A DNA stretch of 64,000 bases from Magallana gigas (lineage: Eukaryota). The notes under the pieces were generated by a model. It made no database searches, was not told where the DNA came from, and saw nothing but the letters and a program-made list of their open reading frames with translations. Of this stretch, positions 37,401-50,700 are shown piece after piece. Location of the stretch: positions 11,532,001 through 11,596,000 of the forward strand of contig NC_088857.1 in the NCBI RefSeq assembly GCF_963853765.1, in the 5' to 3' direction. Every line of letters begins with the position of its first letter. Position 1 is the stretch's first letter. The translations under genes were made by a program, and so were the position numbers.

Positions 37401-40400
37401 TTCCTGTGCTTTTATCTACTACTTAGTAAGGTATGTAATCCAATGCAACAGATGGACAGCTTCCAAATACTCACTGTCAATTGCATTCACAGATTGACAA
37501 TGTCATAACTACGTTAGGGGGTCCAGCTATTTGTGACGACTGAAGGGAAGCTGGTCTTAATTAGGGTGTAATTGATGTATGTTATAATGTAGAGTACATC
37601 CTGATTACCTACATAACAACTGTCTTGGGTGATCATCAGATGATGTCAATGCCATGTTACTTAGCTCACCTGAGCCAGATTTAAAATTATTTAGCTCACC
37701 TGAGCCAGATTAAATTTTACTAACGATAAGCGTATAGATTATGTAATACTGCATTTTCTGAGTAAGGTCGAGATAAACATACCAAGGACTCAAATAATTA
37801 ATAAATATGAAATCACCTTGAACTTTGACCCTAAATTGAAGGTCATAATTCTTGATGAATGACCTGTACCTGAGCGGTTGATGAATTCTATGAGGTTTTG
37901 TTGCAGTGTTTGTGAGTCTTGGGGTGACCATCGGCCTGGAGCTTGGTAAGGATGTCTACTGGATGATGTTCGATGTCTTTCTGGGCCTGTTCCTGTTCTA
38001 TATGGCTCATTGGCAGACCTACGTCACAGGAACTCTCAGATTCTCCCAGTAAGTATAACTCACTGACCTACGTCACAGGAACTTTCCGATTCTCCCAGTA
38101 AGTATAACTCACTGACCTACGTCACAGGAACATTCCAATTCTCCCAGTAAGTATAACTCACTGATAAACTACATCACATGCAGGTGCCCTCTAATTCTCC
38201 CAGTAAGTATAACTCTGTGGCTTGAGTATACAAAGACCCACGTCAATAGTTAGAGCAATAGGGATGATTCTTGTCTTCTTTTTTTAATTAAAATCAAAAG
38301 TTTATTATTGCAAATCAATGTAAGTTGTTAATATATTTGACATACCTGTTAATACCATACAAATTAGAATAAAAGTAAAAGATAATGAAGAAATAAATGT
38401 TGTTAAAAAAACCATTCCATTGACATGTTTTTTTCTTTGCTTATTTTAGGTTTGATGTCACAGAGACGCAAGTGACGATCATGACTTTACACCTGTTTAA
38501 CTTTTTATTTGGATCTCATATATGGAGCTTTCAGGTAAAACTCAATACAAAATATTATTTAACAAATATACCAATCAAAATGACTGTTGTCCATTGACTA
38601 AAGACATACTGGATAGAAATATTTGAGATGAAACTCAAAAAAACTGATTTCATCCTTTGTTTATAATATTTTAGCATCTTGTACAGATTTTTGATGTCAT
38701 GAAAGGAATTTTCCTTCTTTTTTTTGTTGTTGTTTAAAGGCGGGAATAACTCAAATTTTAAAATTTCAAACATAAAATTGAAATTTAGAGTAATTTCCCT
38801 TTTTAACATGGCATTTAGCAGCATATATGTAATGACCAGATGTGGCTGTTCCCGAGACACTTAACATAAGTGCAATTTTATTTTGTCTAAGCCTATGTTT
38901 CAATCAGTGCCTAAGTGTGAATTAACCTTTGTAATTTCCAAAATATAACCCTGAAAACAGCCACCTTTATAGAACTTTGCTTTACTTTGCAGCTTCCCGT
39001 GCTGGGAATTCCGCTACGTCAAATTGTAGTGTACCTGAGCCTCGTTCCAGCATTTTTACAGTTTTACAACAACATAACCATCATTCTGCATGGTGGTTCT
39101 GGAAAAAATAAATCCACAATAGCTGTGAGTTAAACTGTAATGTTATAATTGGCCACTAGGCTACTAAAAAATATTGCAGCAATAATCCGGCATTTTTGGT
39201 TAAAAATTTATGCTGAAATAGAAACAGTCAATATTCGAATGCCATTTCAAAATGTAAATTAGTGATGTTTTGTAACTTAGATATTAGATTGAATTTAATT
39301 TCTACCTATGCTATATGATATAATCAATATAAATTAACTTGGGGCAGTTTACACTGTAACTGTTAATTCCTATTTAAACGCAAGGAATTTATAGCCCTGT
39401 AAAATCTCGAGAAGCAGTATCTGGCTTTTAATTTTCTGACATTTGTAAACAACATGAACAGATTTTATGTTCTTGCAATTAGATGGAAAACTGTTGAATC
39501 GCAGAATTAAGTACTCCAGTATAATAAGGAATCTACAGTATTCAAAATTTAAATGTAACGTTACACGAATTAATATGCTTTGCGTACTATAACATAGGCT
39601 AGATATGTTAAACAATAATATAAAGAATTTGATAAGCCAATCAAATGAAATGTCACAATCTTATCAGAATTGAATTATTTGTAGATTACAGGAATAATTT
39701 TTGATGTGTTACTGTTTGTAGGGCACCAGTACCATATTTCCTGTGTTTCCTATAGGAATCGTGATAACATTAGCCGTGGTAATAGCCCACAAGTCTCCTT
39801 CTAATTTATATGAAAACCATCCATGTCTCTACCTCCTTAGCTTTGGTATACTGTCAGCAAAAGTCATCAACAGATTAATAGTAAGTACTGTCAACAAAAG
39901 TCATCAACAGGTTAATAGTAAGTACTGTCAGCAAAAGTCATTAACAGATTAATAGTAAGTATTGTCAGCAAAAGTCATCAACAGGTTAATAGTAGGTACT
40001 GCCAGCAAAAGTCATCAACAATTTAATAGTAAGTACTGTCAGCAAAAGTCATCAACAGGTTAATAGTAGGTACTGCCAGCAAAAGTCATCAACAGGTTAA
40101 TAGTAAGTACTGTCCACAAAAGTCATCAACAGATTAAGAGTAAGTACTGTCGGCAAAAGTCATTAACAGGTTAATAGTAGGTACTGTCGGCAAAAGTCAT
40201 CAACAGGTTAATAGTAAGTACTGTCAGCAAAAGTCATTAACAGATTAATAGTAAGTATTGTCAGCAAAAGTCATCAACAGGTTAATAGTAGGTACTGTCG
40301 GCAAAAGTCATCAACAATTTAATAGTAAGTACTGTCAGCAAAAGTCATCAACAGGTTAATAGTAGGTACTGCCAGCAAAAGTCATCAACAGGTTAATAGT

Positions 40401-41425
40401 AGGTACTGTCGGCAAAAGTCATTAACAGGTTAATAGTAAGTACTGTCAGCAAAAGTCATCAACGGGTTAATAGTTAGTACCCTGATTAATAGTAAGTACC
40501 CAGATAAGTAGTAAGTACTGTAAGCTGTTTTATAGTACAGTGTTAACCCATTAAAGGGGCATGGTCACAATTTTGGTCAAATTTTATTTTTCTAGTTTTA
40601 TTGTTTACAATGCTTTAGAAATGCATTTCTAATGATTAAGGAAAATTGGAGTATCAGTCGTAGAGTTATAAGCAAGATACAGAGTTTACAATTCTTTGTC
40701 ATTTGCAGTTTTCTTCGCATATGTTTTCAAGGGAGGGGAGCATAAGTGTTTTACAAACATCTCTTGTTGGTAAATGAATTAAATTATGCATCTGCTTTAA
40801 TTTTTTTACAGGTAGCTCACATGACAAAGAGTGAAATGGATTTGCTAGACTTGGGCATTGTAGGTCCTCTGTTGCTCTTTGTGAACCAATACTTCAACTG
40901 TTTAGTAAATGAAACGCTGGTCCTGTGGATTTGTTTTGTAAGTACTTATATTTGATCATATGATGTAGAGTCTTTCAGTACTCTCTATATCAAATGTTGT
41001 CACCAGTTACAATCAAGAGTAGTGATAGTATACGAACAGGAAGAACAAATCTATCGTTTTTGTAGGACTCAGTGTTAAATTTCATCTCCTTTTCCCAATT
41101 CTGGCTCTAAATTATATTAAATTTAGAATACATTTCTCATCTAGTAAATACGTCAGCGTTTTTTCTCCTGTTAAGGTCTATTATAACAAGATTTAGATTT
41201 TTTTTGAAAAATCACTAGTATAATCACTTAAAGAGAAAAGCTGTATATGAATGACCCGAGGGATGATCAACCAATGATGAGGTTGTTCTCTACTTTCAGA
41301 TTTACGTAATACAGGACATTATCCGCTATTGTATGGCTGTGTGTCAACAGATTTGTCAATTTTTAGGGATATATTGTTTTGATATTGTTACACCTTTTCC
41401 TAAAAAGACCACCAAGAATTCATGA
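34432..41425 (+). CDS. CEPT1: Choline/ethanolamine phosphotransferase (CEPT1/CHPT1 family), 8 coding exons, 380 aa
   Basis: Exons 34432-34656, 36002-36149, 37907-38048, 38450-38534, 38993-39124, 39722-39880, 40812-40937 and 41300-41425 total 1143 nt in frame. CDP-alcohol phosphotransferase motif [26 protein letters not shown], plus [21 protein letters not shown] and FDVTETQ. An acceptor at 34405 implies an upstream exon. Confidence 0.95.
36700..37216. mobile_element. PIF/Harbinger-type MITE with TAA TSD, 517 bp
   Basis: TIRs GGCCTAACAAAAAATATAGTTTGTTTCC / GGAAACAAACAATTTTTTTTCTTAGGCC; TAA at 36697-36699 and 37217-37219; subterminal GGTCGGTCGG motifs. Confidence 0.82.
38016..38215 (+). repeat. 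Tandem array of 49-bp units (3 good copies plus 1 degenerate) spanning the CEPT1 exon 3 end and donor
   Basis: Unit GACCTACGTCACAGGAACTCTCAGATTCTCCCA|GTAAGTATAACTCACT starts at 38016, 38065, 38114 and ~38163: 33 nt of exon plus 16 nt of intron. Confidence 0.95.
39849..40500 (+). repeat. Tandem array of 37-bp units (~17 copies) spanning the CEPT1 exon 6 end and donor
   Basis: Unit TACTGTCAGCAAAAGTCATCAACAGATTAATA|GTAAG: 32 nt of exon plus 5 nt of intron. Diagnostic variants recur 296 bp (8 units) apart. Confidence 0.96.
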
Positions 41426-44400
41426 GAGGAATCACCAGCAGCAAGCAAACAAACCAGATGATTGGGAAATAGAGAGACGTGTGCAAGAAACATCTGCCGA
41501 AATGTTTTATTCTTTTTACATATTTATGTATGAAAAGTGTGTACAATCATTTTATTTTTTTAATTTTTGGTACAAGTGATGCATTCATTGGTCAGGGTTT
41601 TATTTATAGCTTGTGGAGTAATCTTAGAATAGTAATCCAGTATTTCTATCCACTCTCTCAATAGGCTAGTCTTTAAAGGTGGCATGCTCAGACATTCTAT
41701 TGCAGTCAGTGCCCTCTCTTCACACGTGATGAGTCATTGAAATTTTTTTTATATATAACCGGTATTGGCATACAACATTCAATAGGTTATTTTTTCATTT
41801 TAAGAATGTTTTGAATGGGTATTTTTATAATTTTTTTTTTGGATATGATATGGATTGTTTAGCTTTTTATCCACTCTCAAAGCCTGTATTCCAAACAATG
41901 CAACTTGATATTGAACTAGTTGGTGTTAACTGTGCTTTCCATTGTGTGTAAAAATGTACTTGGAAGTTGTACAATGGTTATGATGACTTAGATCAAACTT
42001 GTCCCTCAAGATTGTGAAAGGTTGTTTCATTTTATTCTGATTCACTCCTCAGGGAAAATGGCCAGGTCCTCCTGTTACCAAAATCTCAAATAATTACTGT
42101 AAAAGAAAAGTGCATAAATTTGAGGTCTTTACTTGGATGTGAGGCTGAGTATTGACTCGAGGAAAGTTGGTGACGGTGGGGCCAGACTGCTCTGGATACT
42201 GTATGCCTTTGCGACCTTCTAGGTGCTTCTTAGTCACAAATATTTGGATAGAACTTATATTATATGTAAATGTAACTGATTTGTTTTAGTATTCAGTCAT
42301 GATATGAGTGGGGAAAAAATTAATACTGGTGAATAGCAAAATAAATAAGATGTTGTATGCCAATGAAAGTTGGCTTAAGTACTGGTAGATGGAATGAACA
42401 AGAGTTTGAAATTGTCCTTGTAGGACCTGCATTTCTGAACAGATCAACCTTATCCACTTTGAATTTTTTTTCGTAAATTTAGACATGTGCTTCTTTGAAT
42501 GGACTGCAACACAAATTTTCCAGAATATTTCTTCCAAGCTGCTGTATGCAGTACTGAAATTTCAGTGGTTATTATCCAATTTGAATTATTTCTATAACTT
42601 TAGAGGCCTTTAAATGTTTTCTTGTACGTGTGGACTGCAACACATATTCTTTAGAATATTTCTTGCAAGATGATGTAAGAGGAAGTGATAGTTTTCATCC
42701 TGAAATTATGTGTAAATATCAAAATGTGTAGAATTGTGTTTTGTATTGCCTGTGTTAAGTCAGCAATTTTATTGAGCTCAGGAGTGATACAGGTAGATCA
42801 AAAAAAAATTCACTCAGGCTTTAATTGTGAACTTTAATTTATATTTTTTTATATGTAAAGGCCATGTGATGTGCTTTTGATCTATTTACAATGTAAATTG
42901 TAACATTTCTTTTTTGGGGGGGGGGGGGGGTGCTACAGTCAGACTAGTAGATTTATAAGTGCTGCATGTGTTACAATATGATATCCACAAAAAAAAAATT
43001 GTGAAATTACTTGAACCTGATAAGGTAAAAGAATGTACCCCTAGACAATGGCCGCATATTACAAATTTGAAAAACTTGGAAATATTTGCAGTGTGATAAC
43101 ACGATCCTCAATATACACAATTTATACAAAACAATTTATTCTAAGCTGTTATAAACTCTATCAGTAGATTTCACTGATATTTATTGAAACATTCTGTAAT
43201 TTATTAATAATTATTGGAATTTGGTTGTAGTGGTGGCCACTTTTATAATATGCTGCCAAAGTACCATCAACTGTGATCCAACAGTGCCCTTGAATTATTG
43301 TTCATTAAACAACCTATGAAGAGTGTTGTAAATACTCAGTTGCATCATTAGAATATTTACCGGTTTACAATGATTTTTTTAAATGTTTCTTTTTTTCTAA
43401 ACTAAAACTGATCTTAGGTCAGCACTCAACAGATCCTTTTTTATGTTCGGCTAAATAACAAGACAAGTCCCATAACCCATTATAAGCCAGTATCTTTTTT
43501 ACTCTTTAAATTTTACTTGAGTTGTTGACTAATCATTGACATTTATCTTTGGTACGTGTACGTTTGATCAACTAAGTTTCATATGGGGGGAGGGAATCAT
43601 TAACATATGTCAGAGAAAGTTTCCTGAATATTTAATAGATAAAGTCCCAATGCAGGGTATTAGTGAATTTAACTTACTACATGTATATCTGTGTTGTCTC
43701 TTCTTTTATTACAATACATTAAAACAATTGTCTCCGTGTGATTTAACAAATTATGGACATTCTTGCCTCTGATATGATAGATACACAGGCAAGAATAGAT
43801 TGAAAATTTCAACGATTTCAGCAAATATTAATGCCTCTTAGTAGAAATGATACAGAAGATGTAAAAAATATTATACTGTAAAATCCAAGTACAGGCATGA
43901 TATGCATCATTTTTTATTCACGATTGACCAGATGAGAACTTATCTGCTGTGATCAAGCTATGATCATTTATCAACACCAAATGTTGATTTTTATTGTCAA
44001 GAAGTGTGTTTTAATAGCGATAAATACTGAGCAAAGGTGACACAGTATTTGCTCATCTTGTGGTTATGTATCATACATATATAATACTATCATTCGAAAC
44101 ATTTGGACTGGCCATTTTTTTTTCTGTTACAGTATTTTAAATAGTCCTCAGCATGTTGAATGCATTGTTTTGTATGGGGTACAATATATGTACCAATATT
44201 TAATTGTTTGATGGTAACTATTTTATAAAATCATTTGATGGTTTTCTTACTTTTACTTTCATTTTGTTTTGATTGATCTTTATGATTTGATTTTTATCTT
44301 GCTTTTAACAATCTATAGGATTTTTTGTGTCTCTGTATTAGCTATTCATATTATCCCCATTATGTTTTGCAAGAGTTGATCGGGAGGTGTGTCTGTGATT

Positions 44401-46051
44401 TTATTTCATCAAAATACAATAAATATATTATTTCATGTGCTTGACACGTGTGTTTTTAATATTAAAAATATTGTGACCAAGCAACTGATTACCTTTCATA
44501 AAGGAGTTTGTGTACAATATAACAATAAAGAAGTGTTAACTCACATGAGAGAATACGTATTGTATTTTAAAAGTTAATCAACATACATGTACTTCCAGAG
44601 TAACAAACTAAACCTACCGTACATGAAGTCCAGGCTATTGCATACATTACTTATACTGGATTTAAGCACTGTGGTGATATGAAATGGTTTCAGTTTGAGC
44701 TCAGAAATTTTAGTTATAGATATATTTACCCAACTCGGTATCAAATTCTCTTGGAGTATACTAGTATCTCAAACTATTCTCTAGCTAACTGATTTTAATT
44801 TTTTTGTTAGGAGCTTTAATTAATTTGAATTATTATTATCAGCTCAAATTTCCATTGTACCGGTATATCCAATAAATATTTCATGAAATAAATTGGGTTC
44901 ACTATCTTATCAATGAGACAGTCTTCATGACTACATGCTATAATTAACAACCTGAACAATCAAAATATACTTTGATAATTAAAAATAATATCCCAAAATG
45001 TTGCCTTAAAATGAAAGAGAAGACGTTTTTATTCAAAACAAAACTTTATTATATATTGAAAACAATTCATTCAAAACAAATTTTATGCTTGCTTCTCAAA
45101 TAAAAAAATGCATACTTAATTTCTGTAAAAGCGAAGTCTACAACAGAAAACCCCAAAAACTATGTAACATAAATCAGTTCTAAACAAGCACACACTGGGA
45201 GTGGGGTTTACGAACGTATGAGGGACGTCCTAACTAGCAGGATTCAGTCTCCATACTTAACCCCGTTCAAAGTAAAAGGATAAGAAAAACCTCTAGATAT
45301 TGGCCTATCCTAAACACTGAGTTTTGATTAAATCGAATGATAATAAAATGTACAAAAATGTGATAGGGAAACAGGACGGCAAAACTGATTATATTGCATG
45401 TTTTTGAGACAATCCAGTTTCATAGTTGCCAAGTGTCCGCCTTGTGAACTTATTCCAAAAACAAAAATTTAAGTATTTATAGCTTAATTACCCGCATTCT
45501 TTTTTAACTTCTGTAAGTTTCTGAGCCAAAAATTTTTAGATTATAATGCGTCAGACAGCTTCTCAATTTTTATCACAATAACTGAAAAGGGGCAACACAA
45601 TATTTTTTTCCCCTTACTAACAACTCAAAAATTTAATTTTATTTTTTTTCAATATGAATATATTATTAATCAATGAGAAAACATTTAATCTGAAGCAACG
45701 CTTCCTGAGAAACATTGGTTTAAAAAATGTTATTTTAAGAATAAATTTCATTTTGATTTTAAAAAGGTTGATGTAATACTTACATGAAAGCCAATACCAA
45801 AGCAAATAAATTACTGGTATCTTTATCGTTATAAAACAATTTTGGCAAGTTTTGAAATATGCATAATTCACAAAAAAGGTTTGGTTTTCTTTTATGAATA
45901 TTCAACCTCCCAAATAGTTCTGTTACAAACATACACAAAATCTATCTACTTTCTACACTACTGAGATTCTTGCAATTCAAAAGCACCATCTACAAACTGA
46001 AATGGCAACAAGAGATTCCATCTTAACATCTTGTACACTATCAAATATATA

Positions 46052-46431
46052 CAGCAAAACTCAAATATAACGAACATGGATATATCGAATTCAAGGCTTA
46101 TTTATGTCTCGGCAACACTGTTATTTAAACCTATATATAATTACCGCATATAACAATCATGGCTATAAGATGCGTACATAAAATTCTCAAATTACCTGGT
46201 ACTATATTATACAGATTTATTTTTTAAATGAAGTGAATAAAATATGTCGACAATTTTTCTATAAATGACGGTTATATTGATATTATAACTTACATTAGTT
46301 TTAAGAACTGACAGCTTATTATTTATAACAGATTAGCTAAAAGATTTCTTATGAATTTGTTATGAATATAATGAATTACGGCTATAGAGAAGTTTTTTCC
46401 ATGGTCCCTTCGCTATAAACGAGTTTTGCTG
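46052..46431. mobile_element. Tc1/mariner (Tigger-like) MITE, TA-flanked, 380 bp
   Basis: Perfect TIRs CAGCAAAACTC / GAGTTTTGCTG with TA on both sides. Confidence 0.75.
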
Positions 46432-47799
46432 TATATTAAAGAAAAAAAACCTCCAAAAATTGTGAATATTGATTGATAAATAAATCTCTTAGATATATAC
46501 ATCAACATCATCATCATCAGAGTATTCAGAGAAAAAAGATATGATCTTGTAAATTCTGTAAAGGAATGCTAGTAAATAATAAAGGTCCTGGATTTCAGAA
46601 AAACTGATTGTCATAATCTTTAGTCTCATAATCTCATATTCATCTTAAACATTTGAAATTCAGATCTAAAAGTGTCATTTTTTAAAGGAATGTTGATTCA
46701 CACAACATTAAAAATTGAAAAATAAAAAGCAGTGTAAATTACACAAGAACTGGTTTCCCTTCTGTTGGATTGAACATATTTTGATGAATTTTTTAAAGTT
46801 GTTTAAAACTGACTACTATTTTCAACACAATATTAAAGGTTTTGCAATCCAATGTGATTTTCTCCAAACAAATAAAAAATTAACTAAAAAATAAAGCAGC
46901 TTTCAGAATCCAATTCCTAAGAGCATTGGCAAAGGAAAATTACTTCCCAACTTTTGCAAGTTTAATAATTTCATAAAAATTGTTCATAGAAAAATCCTCA
47001 AAATAAAAGAGAGCATTTAAAAATCATTTACTCTCATGGATCTTTCATTCACAAACAAACCTAATAAATAGTGTGTCCTATTCTAACCTGAAAAAAAAAT
47101 AAAGAGACCAAAGGATTTCAGACAATGAACCAACAAAATTACAGTAATTATCTTCCATAAAATCATGTTAATGATTCATGTACGATTCACTTTTATTAAT
47201 TAGGGGTTAGTCATGATCTAGAAACACGATACACACTATTCATTTCAGTCATGGCAATATGCTTAGCTTCAATACCTCTCTCTCAATGGCTAGCACACAC
47301 AAATGTTACAGTGATCGATGTATACTGTTGTTTTAAACAAAATAATCTATCACTCGGTGTTATAAATATGACCAGAAAACACGGTGCAAGAAATCCGACG
47401 AATAACACAGAAAAATAAAAAATAATCAGATATTATATGCACTTAATTAATAAAAAAACAGACTCAAATATCACAGATGCACTGCTTCTATATACAGTGG
47501 TCACCAAGCCAACATACTGAGTGAATTGTCATTTATGTTTACATGTTTTACCAAAACTACAATTAAGTACAAGTACAGGAAACGTAAAACAATTCCCCAA
47601 ACCTTTTTTAATTTTGCCGTTTTTTGTTTTTTTTGTTACTATAAGTCTGCGTCTGACACAAATCAAAATAATACTGAGACTATGACTACTTGTAAGATCA
47701 ACTTTCCTGAGGAGAAATAAAAGCCATTCTTCAGTCAGTGGATTGTGACTTTTCATCTTTCACTGAATCTGTATCTGTCGAATCAGGCCACAGTCTCCA

Positions 47800-50700
47800 C
47801 TACTCCACAGGGACTGACCATTCATGTTTTACTCTTCCATACTACAAACAAAGAGAAAAAATGTCAACAGTATATACATTACAAAATGTTAAAGTAAAGC
47901 ATTTTTATCAATCAGTGTGTTATAGACTAGTTACCTGTGTGTCTAGCAGTCTGTAGTACATTAGTTACCTGTGTGTCTAGCAGTGTGTTATAGACTAGTT
48001 ACCTGTATGTCTAGCAGTGTGTTATAGACTAGTTTAATACCTGTGTGTCTAGGAATGTGTAGTACACTAGTTACCTGTGTCACTGTGTCTAGTAGTGTGC
48101 TGTAAACTAGTCTCTGTGTGTCTAGCAGTGTGTTGTATACTAGTTACCTGTATGTCTAGCAGTGTGATGTACACTAGTTACCTGTATGTCTACCAGTGTG
48201 TTGTACACAAGTTACCTGTATGTCTACCAGTGTGTTGTACACAAGTTACCTGCATGTCTAGCAGTGTGTTGTACACTAGTTACCTGTATGTCTACCAGTG
48301 TGTTGTACACTAGTTACCTGCATGTCTAGCAGTGTGATGTACACTAGTTACCTGTATGTCTACCAGTGTGTTGTACACTAGTTACCTGTATGTCTACCAG
48401 TGTGTTGTACACAAGTTACCTGTATGTCTACCAGTGTGTTGTACATAAGTTACTTGTATGTCTAGCAGTGTGTTGTATACTAGTTACCTGTATGTCTACC
48501 AGTGTGTTGTACACTAGTTACCTGTATGTCTACCAGTGTGTTGTACACAAGTTACCTGTATGTCTACCAGTGTGTTGTACATAAGTTACTTGTATGTCTA
48601 GCAGTGTGTTGTATACTAGTTACCTGCATGTCTACCAGTGTGATGTACACTAGTTACCTGTATGTCTACCAGTGTGTTGTACACTAGTTACCTGTATGTC
48701 TACCAGTGTGTTGTACACAAGTTACCTGCATGTCTAGCAGTGTGTTGTACACAAGTTACCTGTATGTCTAGCAGTGTGTTGTACACTAGTTACCTGTATG
48801 TCTACCAGTGTGTTGTACACTAGTTACCTGTATGTCTACCAGTGTGTTGTACACAAGTTACCTGCATGTCTAGCAGTGTGTTGTACACAAGTTACCTGTA
48901 TGTCTAGCAGTGTGTTGTACACTAGTTACCTGTATGTCTACCAGTGTGTTGTACACAAGTTACCTGCATGTCTACCAGTGTGTTGTACACAAGTTACCTG
49001 CATGTCTAGCAGTGTGTTGTACACAAGTTACCTGCATGTCTAGCAGTGTGTTGTACACTAGTTACCTGCATGTCTACCAGTGTGTTGTACACAAGTTACC
49101 TGCATGTCTAGCAGTGTGTTGTACATAAGTTACCTGCATGTCTAGAAGTGTGTTGTACACAAGTTACCTGTATGTCTAGCAGTGTGTTGTACACTAGTTA
49201 CCTGTATGTCTACCAGTGTGTTGTACACTAGTTACCTGTATGTCTAGCAGTGTGTTGTACACAAGTTACTTGCATGTCTACCAGTGTGTTGTACACTAGT
49301 TACCTGCATGTCTAGCAGTGTGTTGTACACTAGTTACCTGCATGTCTACCAGTGTGTTGTACACTAGTTACCTGCATGTCTACCAGTGTGTTGTACACAA
49401 GTTACCTGTATGTCTAGCAGTGTGATGTACACTAGTTACCTGCATGTCTACCAGTGTGTTGTACACTAGTTAACTGTGTGTCTTGCAGTGTGTTGTACAC
49501 TATTTACCTGTATGTCTAGCAGTGCATTGTACATTCTCATTGTGAGTGGAGCTCCTTTTGACATGGTAGGAATGTCTAGCCATTGAGATTTGTACAGAAT
49601 CTTCTCCACAGGACAAACAACACAGGCTGTGCCTGCTCCAAAGAACTCCTTCACCTAAAAGTCAAGTTGTGTCACACAAATTTAAAAAATCTGGGGATTA
49701 CCTTACAATTTCAGGTTTTCTTAATTCTACACATGTCATATTTGTTAACTTTATTCAATTCTGTACATTATATACACTGTTCAATATGGTATATTTTAAA
49801 CTAAGTGTAGAATAATGTAATGCAAATCCTCTGCATGCATGATAAATATACATACCCTGTTTTCATTCAATCCTTTGACTAAATCTTTCATGGTGTATTC
49901 CCGCTCTGACACCTTGAATTCTCCCTATGAAGCAAGAGACACATTATTCAGTACACATTTAACCTTTCTCAAAAAAAAATCATAATATAACAAGTTATGA
50001 AAGTTTATGATAGCACCAAATGTCAAATCATTAAGATCAACTGTATAACACTGAACTTTAATCTAAGTGACATGTACACATGAAATTAAACAAGAAGTAG
50101 AATATTTTGGCAGTATTGTTTAGAGGCCTTTCTGCCTTACCCATGATTTGGCCAGCTCCAGCAAACTTTTTCTGGTCACCCCCGGCAACACCAACCCATT
50201 CAGGGGACACGTCACCAACTCATCCTCTGTCAATGCAAAACGTTACTGATTACCTTAACGTAGAGCTATTAATCTACAACCATATCTGAAGAAGCTATGC
50301 CATTTTCCTTTCCAGACATAAATTCCATAATGAGGCTCACATTGTATGTTATATAACGGAACTTAAGACTTTATTGCAGTAACCTTCCTCAGGTTTTGAT
50401 CACAAAGTTCTTGATATCTTAAATCACATAGAGGAGCTACAATAATTGCTTCATGCACCATTGTCAATGCACATGTACTACGAAAAATAAAAATGTTTAC
50501 TTAAAAACCAGCGAAGTTTAAAGCATGATGTTAGAAGCTGATATCTTATGAATTTACCTCCTTGCTCATTGGTCCAGAACATGAACAGATTCATGGCTCC
50601 GACCTCGGTGATCTGTTCCTCCTCCCCGAACAGCCAGAGTACCTGCTGACAGCCCTTGGCCGCTGCTTCCTGCTGGATAAACATGGTGGGGGCATAATTA

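Noticed and set aside
48077-49128. Cys/Val/Tyr-rich ORFs on the + strand
   Set aside because: They are translations of the 34-bp repeat, antisense to a BCAT intron, with no splice or start context.
47915-49533. CRISPR-like appearance of the 34-bp and 37-bp arrays
   Set aside because: Units are directly adjacent with no unique spacers, there are no cas genes, the context is eukaryotic, and the units derive from host exon ends.
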